Part shown: positions 10,154 through 21,566 of the stretch, one piece after another
Numbering within the stretch: the first letter of the stretch is position 1
Layout of the letters: every line of letters starts with the position of its first letter
Assembly: GCA_029981435.1 (NCBI GenBank)
Contig: JARRBB010000004.1
Coordinates: 166-64,165, forward strand
From: Thermotogaceae bacterium
GTDB taxonomy: Bacteria > Thermotogota > Thermotogae > B21-G9 > HyVt-16
DNA length: 64,000 nucleotides
Reading direction: 5' to 3'
Made by a program: the position numbers and the translations under genes
Notes under the pieces: generated by a model
What the model was told of the DNA's origin: nothing
What the model saw: the letters and a program-made list of their open reading frames with translations, nothing else
The model's database searches: none

Positions 10154-11446
10154 TCAATAGAATTCTGCGAGTATTTCATCAATTTGTTTTTTTGCATCTT
10201 TCAAAGCCTCTTGTGCTGTTTTCCTTCCATTCCAAGCTTCCACTATTTCTCTCATTAATATTGTTTTTATCTCCTGGCCCTGAGCTACATTGGGTTCTTG
10301 GTGAGTATGTTCAAGTTCTTTAACAAATACTGATGTATATAAATCATTTAATTCGTCGGTAAAGTATGCTATATCAGATTTTTTTGGTGGTATCGCACCT
10401 ATATTTTTCGCCATGAGTTCTCCCATTCTTGTGAAACCATTCGAATCTACTAATGTCATCCATCTTATAAAATCCCATGCAACTTCTTTATTCTTTGAAG
10501 CATTATCGACACTTATGAACCAAGTGTATCCGACTGTAGCAGGTTTTTTCATATATGGAATCGGTGCAACTCCAACTGTCTCTTCATATTCATCCTTAAA
10601 ACCTAGTTTTAAACTTGTTTCGTACCATGGTGCCATTATCATCATTGCAACCTTGCCCGCTGGAAAACTCCAAACGCTTGCAGCCGGATCAGTTCCACCA
10701 TTTTTGAAAAGTTCCAATTCAGCTTCTAGGGCTTCTATTGCTTCTTTTGAATCGAGTAAACATTCACTAAAATCATCTTTCAAGAATTTTCCATTGTTGC
10801 TGTAAAGAAGTGCTAAATAAGGATGAACAACTGCTGAATCCCAACCTGATAAAAATGCAAAACCGTACTGTGAAATTGTTTCATCCTCATTTCTTTTCGT
10901 CAATTTGGGAGCCATTTCAACCAGTTCATCCCAAGTTTTTGGAGGATTTTCAAAGCCTGCTTCTTTCAAAAGTTTTTTGTTGTATATTAAGGCATAGTTG
11001 TCAACCTCTATAGGTACTCCCCAAATATTTCCGTAGATCGTTGTACCATCTACAGCTGGCTTAACAAAATCGTTTTTAACCTTATCTACAACATCCTTTG
11101 GTGGCGAATCTAGTATCCCAGATTCCACAAGCTGAACACTCCACAAAGAGTAAAGCACGTAAATATCAGCTATTTCACCAGATGTGTGACTTATTAGTAT
11201 TCTTTTCAAGTATTCATCGAATGGAACAGATTGGATTTCAATCTCAACATTAGGATGAAAGGCCATGTATTCTTCTACATACTGTCTCAATCCTTTTTTG
11301 ACCAGATTTCCATTTTCATCTTTCACACCTTCTACCTGATAATCGGACCAATGAACTGCCATGATGAGTTTGGTTTTTCCAAAAACACTAAAAGCCGTTA
11401 AAACCAGCGCGACCACTAACAAAAAAACTATCAATTTTCTCATCAT
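10154..11446 (-). CDS. Sugar ABC transporter solute-binding protein
   Basis: Signal peptide; LIYNKKLL...PPKTWDEL family-1 SBP motif. Confidence 0.92.
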   Translation of the reverse strand: MMRKLIVFLLVVALVLTAFSVFGKTKLIMAVHWSDYQVEGVKDENGNLVKKGLRQYVEEYMAFHPNVEIEIQSVPFDEYLKRILISHTSGEIADIYVLYSLWSVQLVESGILDSPPKDVVDKVKNDFVKPAVDGTTIYGNIWGVPIEVDNYALIYNKKLLKEAGFENPPKTWDELVEMAPKLTKRNEDETISQYGFAFLSGWDSAVVHPYLALLYSNNGKFLKDDFSECLLDSKEAIEALEAELELFKNGGTDPAASVWSFPAGKVAMMIMAPWYETSLKLGFKDEYEETVGVAPIPYMKKPATVGYTWFISVDNASKNKEVAWDFIRWMTLVDSNGFTRMGELMAKNIGAIPPKKSDIAYFTDELNDLYTSVFVKELEHTHQEPNVAQGQEIKTILMREIVEAWNGRKTAQEALKDAKKQIDEILAEFY

Positions 11447-11469
11447 TCATCCCCTCCATTTTTAAGGAT

Positions 11470-13638
11470 TTATTCAATCAAACAAACAAGAGTTTCTCCT
11501 GCCTCTAAAGAAATATCTGGTAAAATCAGATCGTTTTGATCTTGATGATAACTTAGCATTTTTTTACTCTTGAGATCGGTTATCTTTTTTACTGGGTTTA
11601 GTATTATATTCTTCGAAATTTTTAAATTTAATAGAGCATGATTTTTTGAATGATTAAAGATGTAAATTATCAGCTTCTCATGCGACTTCGTAACTCGAAA
11701 TTCAATTGAATCACGATTACCTTCCAAACATTCAAAATCATAATAAACATTAACTCCTGATCTCAGTATAAGACTTTGAAGGTATCTCAGATTATTGATG
11801 ACAGCAATTTCCTCGTATCCAAGTCCTATCATCGTACCTATCATTACTGTTTTTCCATTGTAGTAATTATTTTCTACTATTACAGGTATGTTTTGATATT
11901 CAGCAACAACTTTGCCAATACTTCTATAAGTACAAAGATACTTAAAAGCTGAGACTTTACCAAACCCCTTAACTGATAATTTGATTTCTCCATCTATTTC
12001 TTTCATCCACAATTCTTCACAACCAAATACTTCATTTAAACCAGCTCCAGGAATTTTTTCACTGAGTATCCCATTCGAGTCCATCCAACCCAATCTTCCG
12101 TCAGCTACAAGTGTTCCACCATTTTTAACATATTTTGTTAAAATTTTTGCTGATTCTTCATCTATTGCTATTGAAAAAGGAAGAAAGATTATCTTGTATT
12201 TTGAAAGGTTTTGGTTTTTCAAATCTTCAAGATGCAGAAAATCTACATTCACGTTTAAATCCATTATGGCTTTATATATCCCAAAGATGTCTTTTCTAAC
12301 AATATCTGCACTGTTGGCTCTCAAACAGGCAAGCATTTTATAAGCTTCAACGTTATACAATATTCCAACTTCAGATTCTAAAGGTTTAGAATTGAGAAAA
12401 AGTCCCATATTCTCAGTAATTATCTTTGAAACATTTCCCGTAGCTATTGCTCTCTCATTGAATTCACCATCATAATTACTCAATCCGAATCCTGAAATTT
12501 CGTATCCACAACTCATCGGTAACCAAGCATAGTAATTTAATCCTTTTGCATTACGTGAAACAGCCAACCAAGCCCATCTTTCAACATCTTTTTCATCAAC
12601 AGGCTCTCCAAATCTTAATCCTGTTACACCATGTCCGGTCTGAAGTTCCCCAATCCAAAAACTTTTTTCTCTACTCTCACACGAAGATCTGCTTGCATCA
12701 AGTGCTACACCCATTTGATGAGGTTTCAAAGGCATCCAAGGACCCGTATGTTTAGGATAAAATGATGTTCCCCAAACATCTACTTTCTCTGACAATTTCC
12801 AATCATCAGAAGCTCCATATCCTATCCCTGGAATACCATATATACATGATATTGCTGCATGACTTGAAACTATATGCTTCTTGTCCACTGATTTAATTGT
12901 TTGAGTCTTCCATTCAAGGTCCTCCGCTATCTTTTCTATGTTGAATTGAATCCAATCAAGCAAATCTTTAAAAGATGAAAGTGAGACATATCTTGGTGCT
13001 ATAACTTCATCCCAATTTCTGTGTTTTCTATACCAAACTTTGTTTAAAATATCGATAGAACCGTATTTCTTTTTTAGCCACTCGATGAATCTTTTTTGTG
13101 AATTTTGACAATAACAGAACCATGGTTCTTTCATATAATCGATCCATGACCATTGAACTATGTGAGGTTCTGACCAAATGTCCCAAGCATAAAAAAATTC
13201 ATGTTTCGATACAACTTCTGCAAGTTTTACAAGATATTCATTGATATGTTTTCTAACTTCCGGATGATCTGAACAATAACCAGGAGATGCCTGTGAATGT
13301 ATCTTTAAACCTGATCTATCCTCAAAAAGCGAGTCTGGATATTCATATTCAACCCAGTTAGGAGCTGAATCAGTGTAAACCTGAACGATTGCTTTGATCC
13401 CAAGTTTATCAGTGATCGAGAGCAATGTTTCTATAACTTCAAAATTCCAAAAATATGGTTTTGGCTCAGCAGTTGCCCAATCGTACCAAAATCTTATTGA
13501 ATTAAAGCCGAGTTTTTTTACATTTTCTATGTCCTTTATTACTTTATCAATATCATTTATTTCCTGTATCATTGGTGCTCTTGCTCTACTTGCACCATAC
13601 CAAACAGAAACAGGAAAAAAATCATATGTGACTTTCAA
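11470..13638 (-). CDS. GH42-like (clan GH-A) glycoside hydrolase, beta-galactosidase family
   Basis: GFNSIR..W..AEP, acid/base region WDIWSEPH, nucleophile region FWIGELQ, trimerisation-domain motif YVKNGGTLV. Confidence 0.8.
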   Translation of the reverse strand: MKVTYDFFPVSVWYGASRARAPMIQEINDIDKVIKDIENVKKLGFNSIRFWYDWATAEPKPYFWNFEVIETLLSITDKLGIKAIVQVYTDSAPNWVEYEYPDSLFEDRSGLKIHSQASPGYCSDHPEVRKHINEYLVKLAEVVSKHEFFYAWDIWSEPHIVQWSWIDYMKEPWFCYCQNSQKRFIEWLKKKYGSIDILNKVWYRKHRNWDEVIAPRYVSLSSFKDLLDWIQFNIEKIAEDLEWKTQTIKSVDKKHIVSSHAAISCIYGIPGIGYGASDDWKLSEKVDVWGTSFYPKHTGPWMPLKPHQMGVALDASRSSCESREKSFWIGELQTGHGVTGLRFGEPVDEKDVERWAWLAVSRNAKGLNYYAWLPMSCGYEISGFGLSNYDGEFNERAIATGNVSKIITENMGLFLNSKPLESEVGILYNVEAYKMLACLRANSADIVRKDIFGIYKAIMDLNVNVDFLHLEDLKNQNLSKYKIIFLPFSIAIDEESAKILTKYVKNGGTLVADGRLGWMDSNGILSEKIPGAGLNEVFGCEELWMKEIDGEIKLSVKGFGKVSAFKYLCTYRSIGKVVAEYQNIPVIVENNYYNGKTVMIGTMIGLGYEEIAVINNLRYLQSLILRSGVNVYYDFECLEGNRDSIEFRVTKSHEKLIIYIFNHSKNHALLNLKISKNIILNPVKKITDLKSKKMLSYHQDQNDLILPDISLEAGETLVCLIE

Positions 13639-13676
13639 AGTAACCCTCCCCTTCTTTGTTACCTTATTTAATATTA

Positions 13677-14450
13677 TTAATCATAATGATTTCGAATTAC
13701 TCTTTGATACTCATCGAAAACTTTTAAGTTATAATCAACTCCAAAGCCCTCTACATTTGGTGAAACAAAGATCTTCAATTCTTTTCCTTTATTGTTTAAT
13801 ATAAAAGCAGTTTCAGCTATCAAAGACATTGTTATAGCCATTGCAGCAATTGTGGAAACAGCAGCAACCTTTTCTTTTCGACCTTCTAAAGCTATAAGTG
13901 CATCCTCAGGCGGTACACAATTATCTATAGTTATATCCGCAATATCTGAGAGCTTTTTTCCAGAACTGTGTGTAGGCCGCGAAATATTCTGATTCGTCAT
14001 AGAGGTAATAGCTATGACGGTTGTTCCAACTTTCTTACCATATAATGCTGCTTCTATCGGTGCCGCATTGAGACCGCCATGCGAGTAAACAACTAAAATA
14101 TCGCCACTTTTTATAGGTTGGTATCTCAAAAATCCATCAGCCACGTAATTTTCTTTTCTCTCAACTAATAAAAGTCCAGGTGCACTCGCAGGTCCTGTTG
14201 CACTGAACCACATTAATCGAGGATCTATTAATGGATTCAAACCTATAAAACTTCCATATCTCGGAAAAACATCCATAACCGGTAGAATAGAATGTCCACT
14301 CCCGAAAAAGTGTACTATACCATCGTTTGATATACATTCTGCCATTAGATTAGAAACCCTAACGATCTTTTCTTTCTGGTCATTTTTAATTTTTTCCAAG
14401 ATTTCCTGTAACCTTTTAATGTAAGTCTCAAATGCTGACAATATCATCAC
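13677..14450 (-). CDS. Single-SIS-domain sugar isomerase-like protein (UPF0309-like)
   Basis: HFFGSGHS, YSHGGLNAAPIEAA, IAITS, HSSGKKLSDIADITIDN. Confidence 0.82.
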   Translation of the reverse strand: MMILSAFETYIKRLQEILEKIKNDQKEKIVRVSNLMAECISNDGIVHFFGSGHSILPVMDVFPRYGSFIGLNPLIDPRLMWFSATGPASAPGLLLVERKENYVADGFLRYQPIKSGDILVVYSHGGLNAAPIEAALYGKKVGTTVIAITSMTNQNISRPTHSSGKKLSDIADITIDNCVPPEDALIALEGRKEKVAAVSTIAAMAITMSLIAETAFILNNKGKELKIFVSPNVEGFGVDYNLKVFDEYQRVIRNHYD

Positions 14451-15345
14451 TCCCTCTTATTTGATCTAAAATATATTTTGTACACCCTATAATTTGTGCG
14501 TTCTCACCCAATTCAGAAACTTCCATATGACAATTTCTTACCAAAGGACTTGACTCATTTTCAAAAATTCTTAGTGCTTCCTTCTTGAAGTGGTGCCATT
14601 TTTTGCCTATACTTCCTCCGAAAATTATCAGTTCTGGATTCAAAATATTAGCTATTATTGCTATCAATTTTCCTAAAACTATAGAAGTCTCTTTGATGAT
14701 TACTTGAGCACATTTATCTTTGGTTTTATCATAAAGCTCGAAGATGCTATTTGTATTTTTTAGTATTCCTCCACAAGAAGCTTTAAATCGCTTTAAAATT
14801 GCCGGACCTGAAATAAAGTTTTCAATAGTAACAGGATATCTATATCCCGGAATTTTAAAATTGATAGAATCTAAACTTATCCATCCCACTGAGCCAGCTA
14901 CATTTTGGTGCCCTTTTATAATCTTTCCTTCTGCCATTATTCCAAGACCAACACCGGTTCCAATTATCAAGTATCCAACGTTTTTAAAATCTTTTGCTTT
15001 ACCCTTCCAGACTTCTCCCAATATTCCTGCTACTCTGTCATCTATACAACAGATATCTATTCCTATAGATCTCTGAATCGAATCTTTTAAGTTATACCAA
15101 GATTCACCAAAAACGTTCGGTAACCAAACCATTTCTTTTTCATTCACTGCCCCAGCAACTGAAACACAACCATATTTTGGCTTAAATTTCCTCCAAATCT
15201 CCTTAAATTCTCCAACAACTATTTTCAGTAATTCTTCAGGCTCCTTCGGTGTTGAATATTTTTTCTTATAATGAATGATTCCTTTATCATCAACTAATGC
15301 TATCCTTAGATTTGTTCCACCTATATCTGAAACAAATAAATACAT
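14428..15345 (-). CDS. ROK family sugar kinase
   Basis: DIGGTNLR, IGTGVGLGI, IFGGSI; ATG at 15345 after AGGAAGTG. Confidence 0.88.
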   Translation of the reverse strand: MYLFVSDIGGTNLRIALVDDKGIIHYKKKYSTPKEPEELLKIVVGEFKEIWRKFKPKYGCVSVAGAVNEKEMVWLPNVFGESWYNLKDSIQRSIGIDICCIDDRVAGILGEVWKGKAKDFKNVGYLIIGTGVGLGIMAEGKIIKGHQNVAGSVGWISLDSINFKIPGYRYPVTIENFISGPAILKRFKASCGGILKNTNSIFELYDKTKDKCAQVIIKETSIVLGKLIAIIANILNPELIIFGGSIGKKWHHFKKEALRIFENESSPLVRNCHMEVSELGENAQIIGCTKYILDQIRGSDDIVSI

Positions 15346-15349
15346 TATT

Positions 15350-16090
15350 TCACTTCCTAAGATGAATTTGAACAGAATATTTGTCACTTCTTATAACTGA
15401 CTGGGTATACTCTATGGGATTTCCGGTAACATCATAAGCCACTCTCTCCACTATGAATCCAGCAAAAGGCCATTTTACCTTTAAAAGTTTACATTCATGT
15501 TTATCAAGGATAGTTGAGTAATATTTTTCATCGGCTGAGCGAATTTTTAATCCATATCTGTCTTCAAGAAGTTTGTAAAGTGAACCTGTAAGGTCATTTT
15601 CAAAAAAGTTGGGCACTAGATACTCAGGACAATAAAATATTTGTATTCCTACTGGTTCATTATTAATAAGCCTTAACCGTTTCACAAAAACTACATTGGT
15701 TCCTATCTCTAAATTCAATATATTAGAAATTTTTTCGTCAGCTTCTTCAATGCCCTTTTCAAGAACAATAGAACCAGGTTTAAATCCCTTTGAGATTAAC
15801 TCTTCGGTGAAACTCGTTAATCTCCTTGGCCCCTGCTTGATTCGCGAATCAACAACAAAAGTCCCTTTACCTTGTCTTTTAATCAAAAAGCCTTCTTCTA
15901 CCAATAAAGAAACTGCTTGCCTTACGACTGCTTTACTAACTCCGAAGATTTTTGATAATTCTTGCTCAGTAGGTATTTTTTGACCTGCTTTCCAATTTCC
16001 CGATAATATATTCTTTCTAAGTATTTCCTTTAATTGATGATAAAGTGGTTCTGAAGAGTAATGATCTATTCTTTGAGACAATTTATTCAC
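15350..16090 (-). CDS. GntR family regulator, HutC/UTRA subfamily (start possibly TTG at 16081)
   Basis: PLYHQL..IPTEQELS..FGVS..VRQA..RQGKGTFV plus UTRA domain. Confidence 0.93.
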   Translation of the reverse strand: MNKLSQRIDHYSSEPLYHQLKEILRKNILSGNWKAGQKIPTEQELSKIFGVSKAVVRQAVSLLVEEGFLIKRQGKGTFVVDSRIKQGPRRLTSFTEELISKGFKPGSIVLEKGIEEADEKISNILNLEIGTNVVFVKRLRLINNEPVGIQIFYCPEYLVPNFFENDLTGSLYKLLEDRYGLKIRSADEKYYSTILDKHECKLLKVKWPFAGFIVERVAYDVTGNPIEYTQSVIRSDKYSVQIHLRK

Positions 16091-16120
16091 CTCAAAAACT
16101 TAGTAATAAAATTTATAATC

Positions 16121-16149
16121 ATTATAATCAATATAATTAATTTTGTCAA
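16121..16149 (-). promoter_or_regulatory. Consensus sigma70 promoter of the gntR sugar operon
   Basis: Perfect TTGACA (16149-16144)-17 bp-TATAAT (16126-16121). Confidence 0.8.
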
Positions 16150-16171
16150 TAAATATTTCGAATTTTATTCG

Positions 16172-16180
16172 TGATATAAT
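16172..16180 (+). promoter_or_regulatory. Extended -10 promoter of the dciA-gyrB-fts operon
   Basis: TG-A-TATAAT ending 6 nt before ATG 16187. Confidence 0.65.
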
Positions 16181-16186
16181 TATTTC

Positions 16187-18383
<2,197 letters not shown>

Positions 18384-18384
18384 T

Positions 18385-19098
18385 GTGGGGGGCGCGGAGG
18401 TTTTACTATTGCGCGAAAAGGTTTCGAGAATCTATGGATTTTTTTTAATACTTGTTGCATTAGGTTTACTTGGGCGAATAGCCTTTTTGATTTCCACAAA
18501 TGGGCTAAAAATAAATAAAATAACCTTTGAAAATAATTATGAATTCATCTCAAAGAGATTTATTGAAAATTCCCTTATGCTCTGGACAAAACCAGATTTT
18601 GCTTATTTGAAAAAAAATATATGGGAAATGGAACCTTATGTAAAGAATTTTAAGTTAGAAGGTAATGAACTGATTTTAAACTTGAGAGCTCCCTTTTTAG
18701 TTGTTAAAAATTGCAAAAATTTTTTTTTAATATCAGAAGACGGTGTGTTTTTGGAAAAATTAAAGTATGAAGAACTTTTGAGAATAAACCTGCCTATATT
18801 GAATTTAGATAATAATTGTCAGAGTTTCTTAGAAAGAAGAATAAAAGATGAAGAAGTTATTAAGTTTTTAAAAGATTTATCCAAAATATCAAAAGAAAAC
18901 TTTGGATTAATTTCTGAAATAGATTTTGAAGGAATGAAAGTCTTCTTGAGAAAAGGGATTATTTTGAAAGTTAACGAATGGTCAAATTTTATTGAAAATT
19001 CTGGTATAATCGATGATGTACTGAAGTCTCAAGATAAGGGCACAGTTATTCAGCTTCTCAGCAATGGAAGACTACTCATTTTATCGGAGGAGAGGTGA
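18385..19098 (+). CDS. Divergent FtsQ/DivIB-like membrane protein
   Basis: Single N-terminal TM helix; ISEDGVFL beta-domain-like motif; directly upstream of ftsA. Confidence 0.55.
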   Translation: MGGAEVLLLREKVSRIYGFFLILVALGLLGRIAFLISTNGLKINKITFENNYEFISKRFIENSLMLWTKPDFAYLKKNIWEMEPYVKNFKLEGNELILNLRAPFLVVKNCKNFFLISEDGVFLEKLKYEELLRINLPILNLDNNCQSFLERRIKDEEVIKFLKDLSKISKENFGLISEIDFEGMKVFLRKGIILKVNEWSNFIENSGIIDDVLKSQDKGTVIQLLSNGRLLILSEER

Positions 19099-19104
19099 TT
19101 TTTA

Positions 19105-20463
19105 GTGCCCCGTGGTTTCTTAGTAACGGCTATCGATATAGGTTCAAGTAGAATCAAGGGTGTTGTCGGTGAGATCAATGATGAGAAGATAGAAATAAAA
19201 GCTTTTGCAACCATAAATTCAAGAGGAATAGAAAATGGTGAAATTAAAGATGCTGTTGCCTTCAAGGATTCTATTGAAAATTTACTTGTTGAACTTGAAA
19301 CTCAAGAACCCAGACAGCCCGATTCGTATTTTTGTGTTACTTTCTCAACACCTTCCACAAGTCTCAAGATTTCAAATACAGAAGAACGTTTCAGCGAGCG
19401 TCGCGTTATTGATGATGAAATAGTTATCGAATTGTTAGAGAGATTCACTGCTGAAAAGTCAAAAAGTGATGAAATGTCACTTCATAACGATAGTAACGAT
19501 AATAAAGAAAATTCTGAAAATTCAGATAAAAAAGAAAAGCTGAGTTTTTCCCCTCTTTTAAACGAACATAAAACCTTACACGTTGTTCCCAAAAGATACA
19601 TAATAGATGGAGTGAAGAATGTTTCTAATCCAATAGATATGGAAGCTTCGATATTGGGGATAGAAGCTTCTCTAATAACTGTGGACAAAGTCCAGCTGGA
19701 TGCGTTGAAAAAATTGCTTGAGGATACAAATGTAATTGATCCAATTTTTTATTCTCCAACATTTGCTGCTTCCGAATTATTACTGAGTGTTGAAGAGAAA
19801 GAACGTGGTACAGTATGTTTAAATATCGGATATTCGTCTACTGATTTCATAGTCTATTTCAACGGCGTCCCGGTTTACATGCAATCGATTCTCCTTGGAA
19901 TGAAGAACGTCATAAGAGATATTGCACAGGTTCTTGAAACATCTTTTGAAGAAGCAGAAAGACTTCTAATTCAACATGGCCTTTCCTCATATGAAATGGT
20001 AAAAGAAGATATAAAAATTCCTTATATGATGCTTGATGGTAAAACACAAAATGAAGTCAGTTTGAAAAAACTGGCTTTGATAATCTACGCAAGACTTAGA
20101 GAAATACTTGGAAATGTGAAACGAGAGATCAGAAAAGCGGAAAACACCATAAATCAACAGGGCGGAAGTGGAATTCCGGGTGGAATAGTTATTATAGGTG
20201 GTGGAGCGAAAGTAAGAGGTATAGTTGAAACTGCTATTGAGATATTCAAACTTCCTGTAAGAGTTGGTAAAGTTGAAAAAGTTGAAGATGTCGAGCTTAT
20301 TGATGAGGCAAGAATCTGCGAAGATCCTATTTATCTACCAGGAATTGGAAGTATCTTATTGTTTTATAATGAGGAAATGGAATTTGAAATGGAAGGTCCA
20401 CGCAAAAGAAAAAGTGAGGGACTTTTCAAAAAGCTTTGGGAGCTTTTCAAGAAATTAGTATGA
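19105..20463 (+). CDS. ftsA: Cell division protein FtsA
   Basis: AIDIGSSRIK, NIGYSST, GGIVIIGGGAK, C-terminal amphipathic LFKKLWELFKKLV. Confidence 0.96.
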   Translation: MPRGFLVTAIDIGSSRIKGVVGEINDEKIEIKAFATINSRGIENGEIKDAVAFKDSIENLLVELETQEPRQPDSYFCVTFSTPSTSLKISNTEERFSERRVIDDEIVIELLERFTAEKSKSDEMSLHNDSNDNKENSENSDKKEKLSFSPLLNEHKTLHVVPKRYIIDGVKNVSNPIDMEASILGIEASLITVDKVQLDALKKLLEDTNVIDPIFYSPTFAASELLLSVEEKERGTVCLNIGYSSTDFIVYFNGVPVYMQSILLGMKNVIRDIAQVLETSFEEAERLLIQHGLSSYEMVKEDIKIPYMMLDGKTQNEVSLKKLALIIYARLREILGNVKREIRKAENTINQQGGSGIPGGIVIIGGGAKVRGIVETAIEIFKLPVRVGKVEKVEDVELIDEARICEDPIYLPGIGSILLFYNEEMEFEMEGPRKRKSEGLFKKLWELFKKLV

Positions 20464-20484
20464 TTTCTTAGGGAGGGAGAAGGC

Positions 20485-21537
20485 GTGGCATTTGAGATTT
20501 ATGATGAAAGCCTTATTAAAAACGATGAAAAAAGACAACCAAAGAGAAAACCGATAATAAAAGTTATAGGTATTGGTGGAGCAGGTAACAATGCTATAAA
20601 TAGAATGGTTGATGCTGGGATAGATGGTGTTGTATTTGTAGCGGCAAATACAGATCTACAGGTTTTAGAAAATTGTAAAGCTGATGTGTTGATTCCGCTT
20701 GGTAAAGATGGAATGGGAGCAGGTGGAGAACCTCAAAGAGGTGAACAGGCTACTCTGGAAAGTAAAGAAAAAATAGTTGAAAGTCTTGAAGATGCAGACA
20801 TGCTGTTTATAACAGCCGGTTTGGGTGGTGGAACCGGAACTGGTGGAGCGCCTGTTGTAGCAGAGATTGCTAAAGAAATGGGTATACTCACTGTAGCGAT
20901 AGTAACAACTCCGTTTTATTTTGAAGGCAACAAAAGATGGAAAATAGCCATGGAAGGTTTAAGCAAGCTTAAAGGTAGAGTCGATACGCTGATAAAGATT
21001 TCCAATAATAAACTCCTTGAAGAAGTTGATGATGAAACTACAACTATAGAAGCATTCAGAAAAGCTGATGAAACCCTCATGCAAGGAATAAGAGGAATTT
21101 CCGAATTGATAACCAAAAGAGGATACATCAATCTTGACTTTGCAGACATAAACGCTGTTATGAGGGGTGCAGGTACAGCAATGCTTGGAATAGGTATAGG
21201 AAAAGGTGAAAACAGGGCAATCGATGCAGCTAAGAATGCTATGGAAAGTAGATTACTTGAACAACCTGTTGAAAATGCCACTGCCATAATTTTGAACATA
21301 TCGGCTCCAGAAAACGTTAAACTCAAGGAAATGCATATGGCTGCTGCTATAATTAAACAAAAATGCAGTGAACAGGCTGATGTGAGGCTTGGATTAATAA
21401 TAGACGACAGTATAAGCGATGACGAGATGAGAGTGACTCTAATAGCAACAGGTTTTGAAGAAGGCGAGAAAGAGGTCTTTCAAGATAATGATATTCCGGC
21501 AATCTACAGGATGGGACTTGATTGGGGCGAAGATTAG
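20485..21537 (+). CDS. ftsZ: Cell division protein FtsZ
   Basis: [34 protein letters not shown]-terminal DIPAIYR. Confidence 0.98.
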   Translation: MAFEIYDESLIKNDEKRQPKRKPIIKVIGIGGAGNNAINRMVDAGIDGVVFVAANTDLQVLENCKADVLIPLGKDGMGAGGEPQRGEQATLESKEKIVESLEDADMLFITAGLGGGTGTGGAPVVAEIAKEMGILTVAIVTTPFYFEGNKRWKIAMEGLSKLKGRVDTLIKISNNKLLEEVDDETTTIEAFRKADETLMQGIRGISELITKRGYINLDFADINAVMRGAGTAMLGIGIGKGENRAIDAAKNAMESRLLEQPVENATAIILNISAPENVKLKEMHMAAAIIKQKCSEQADVRLGLIIDDSISDDEMRVTLIATGFEEGEKEVFQDNDIPAIYRMGLDWGED

Positions 21538-21566
21538 AATATTGAGTTTTCATTTGGAGTGATTTC

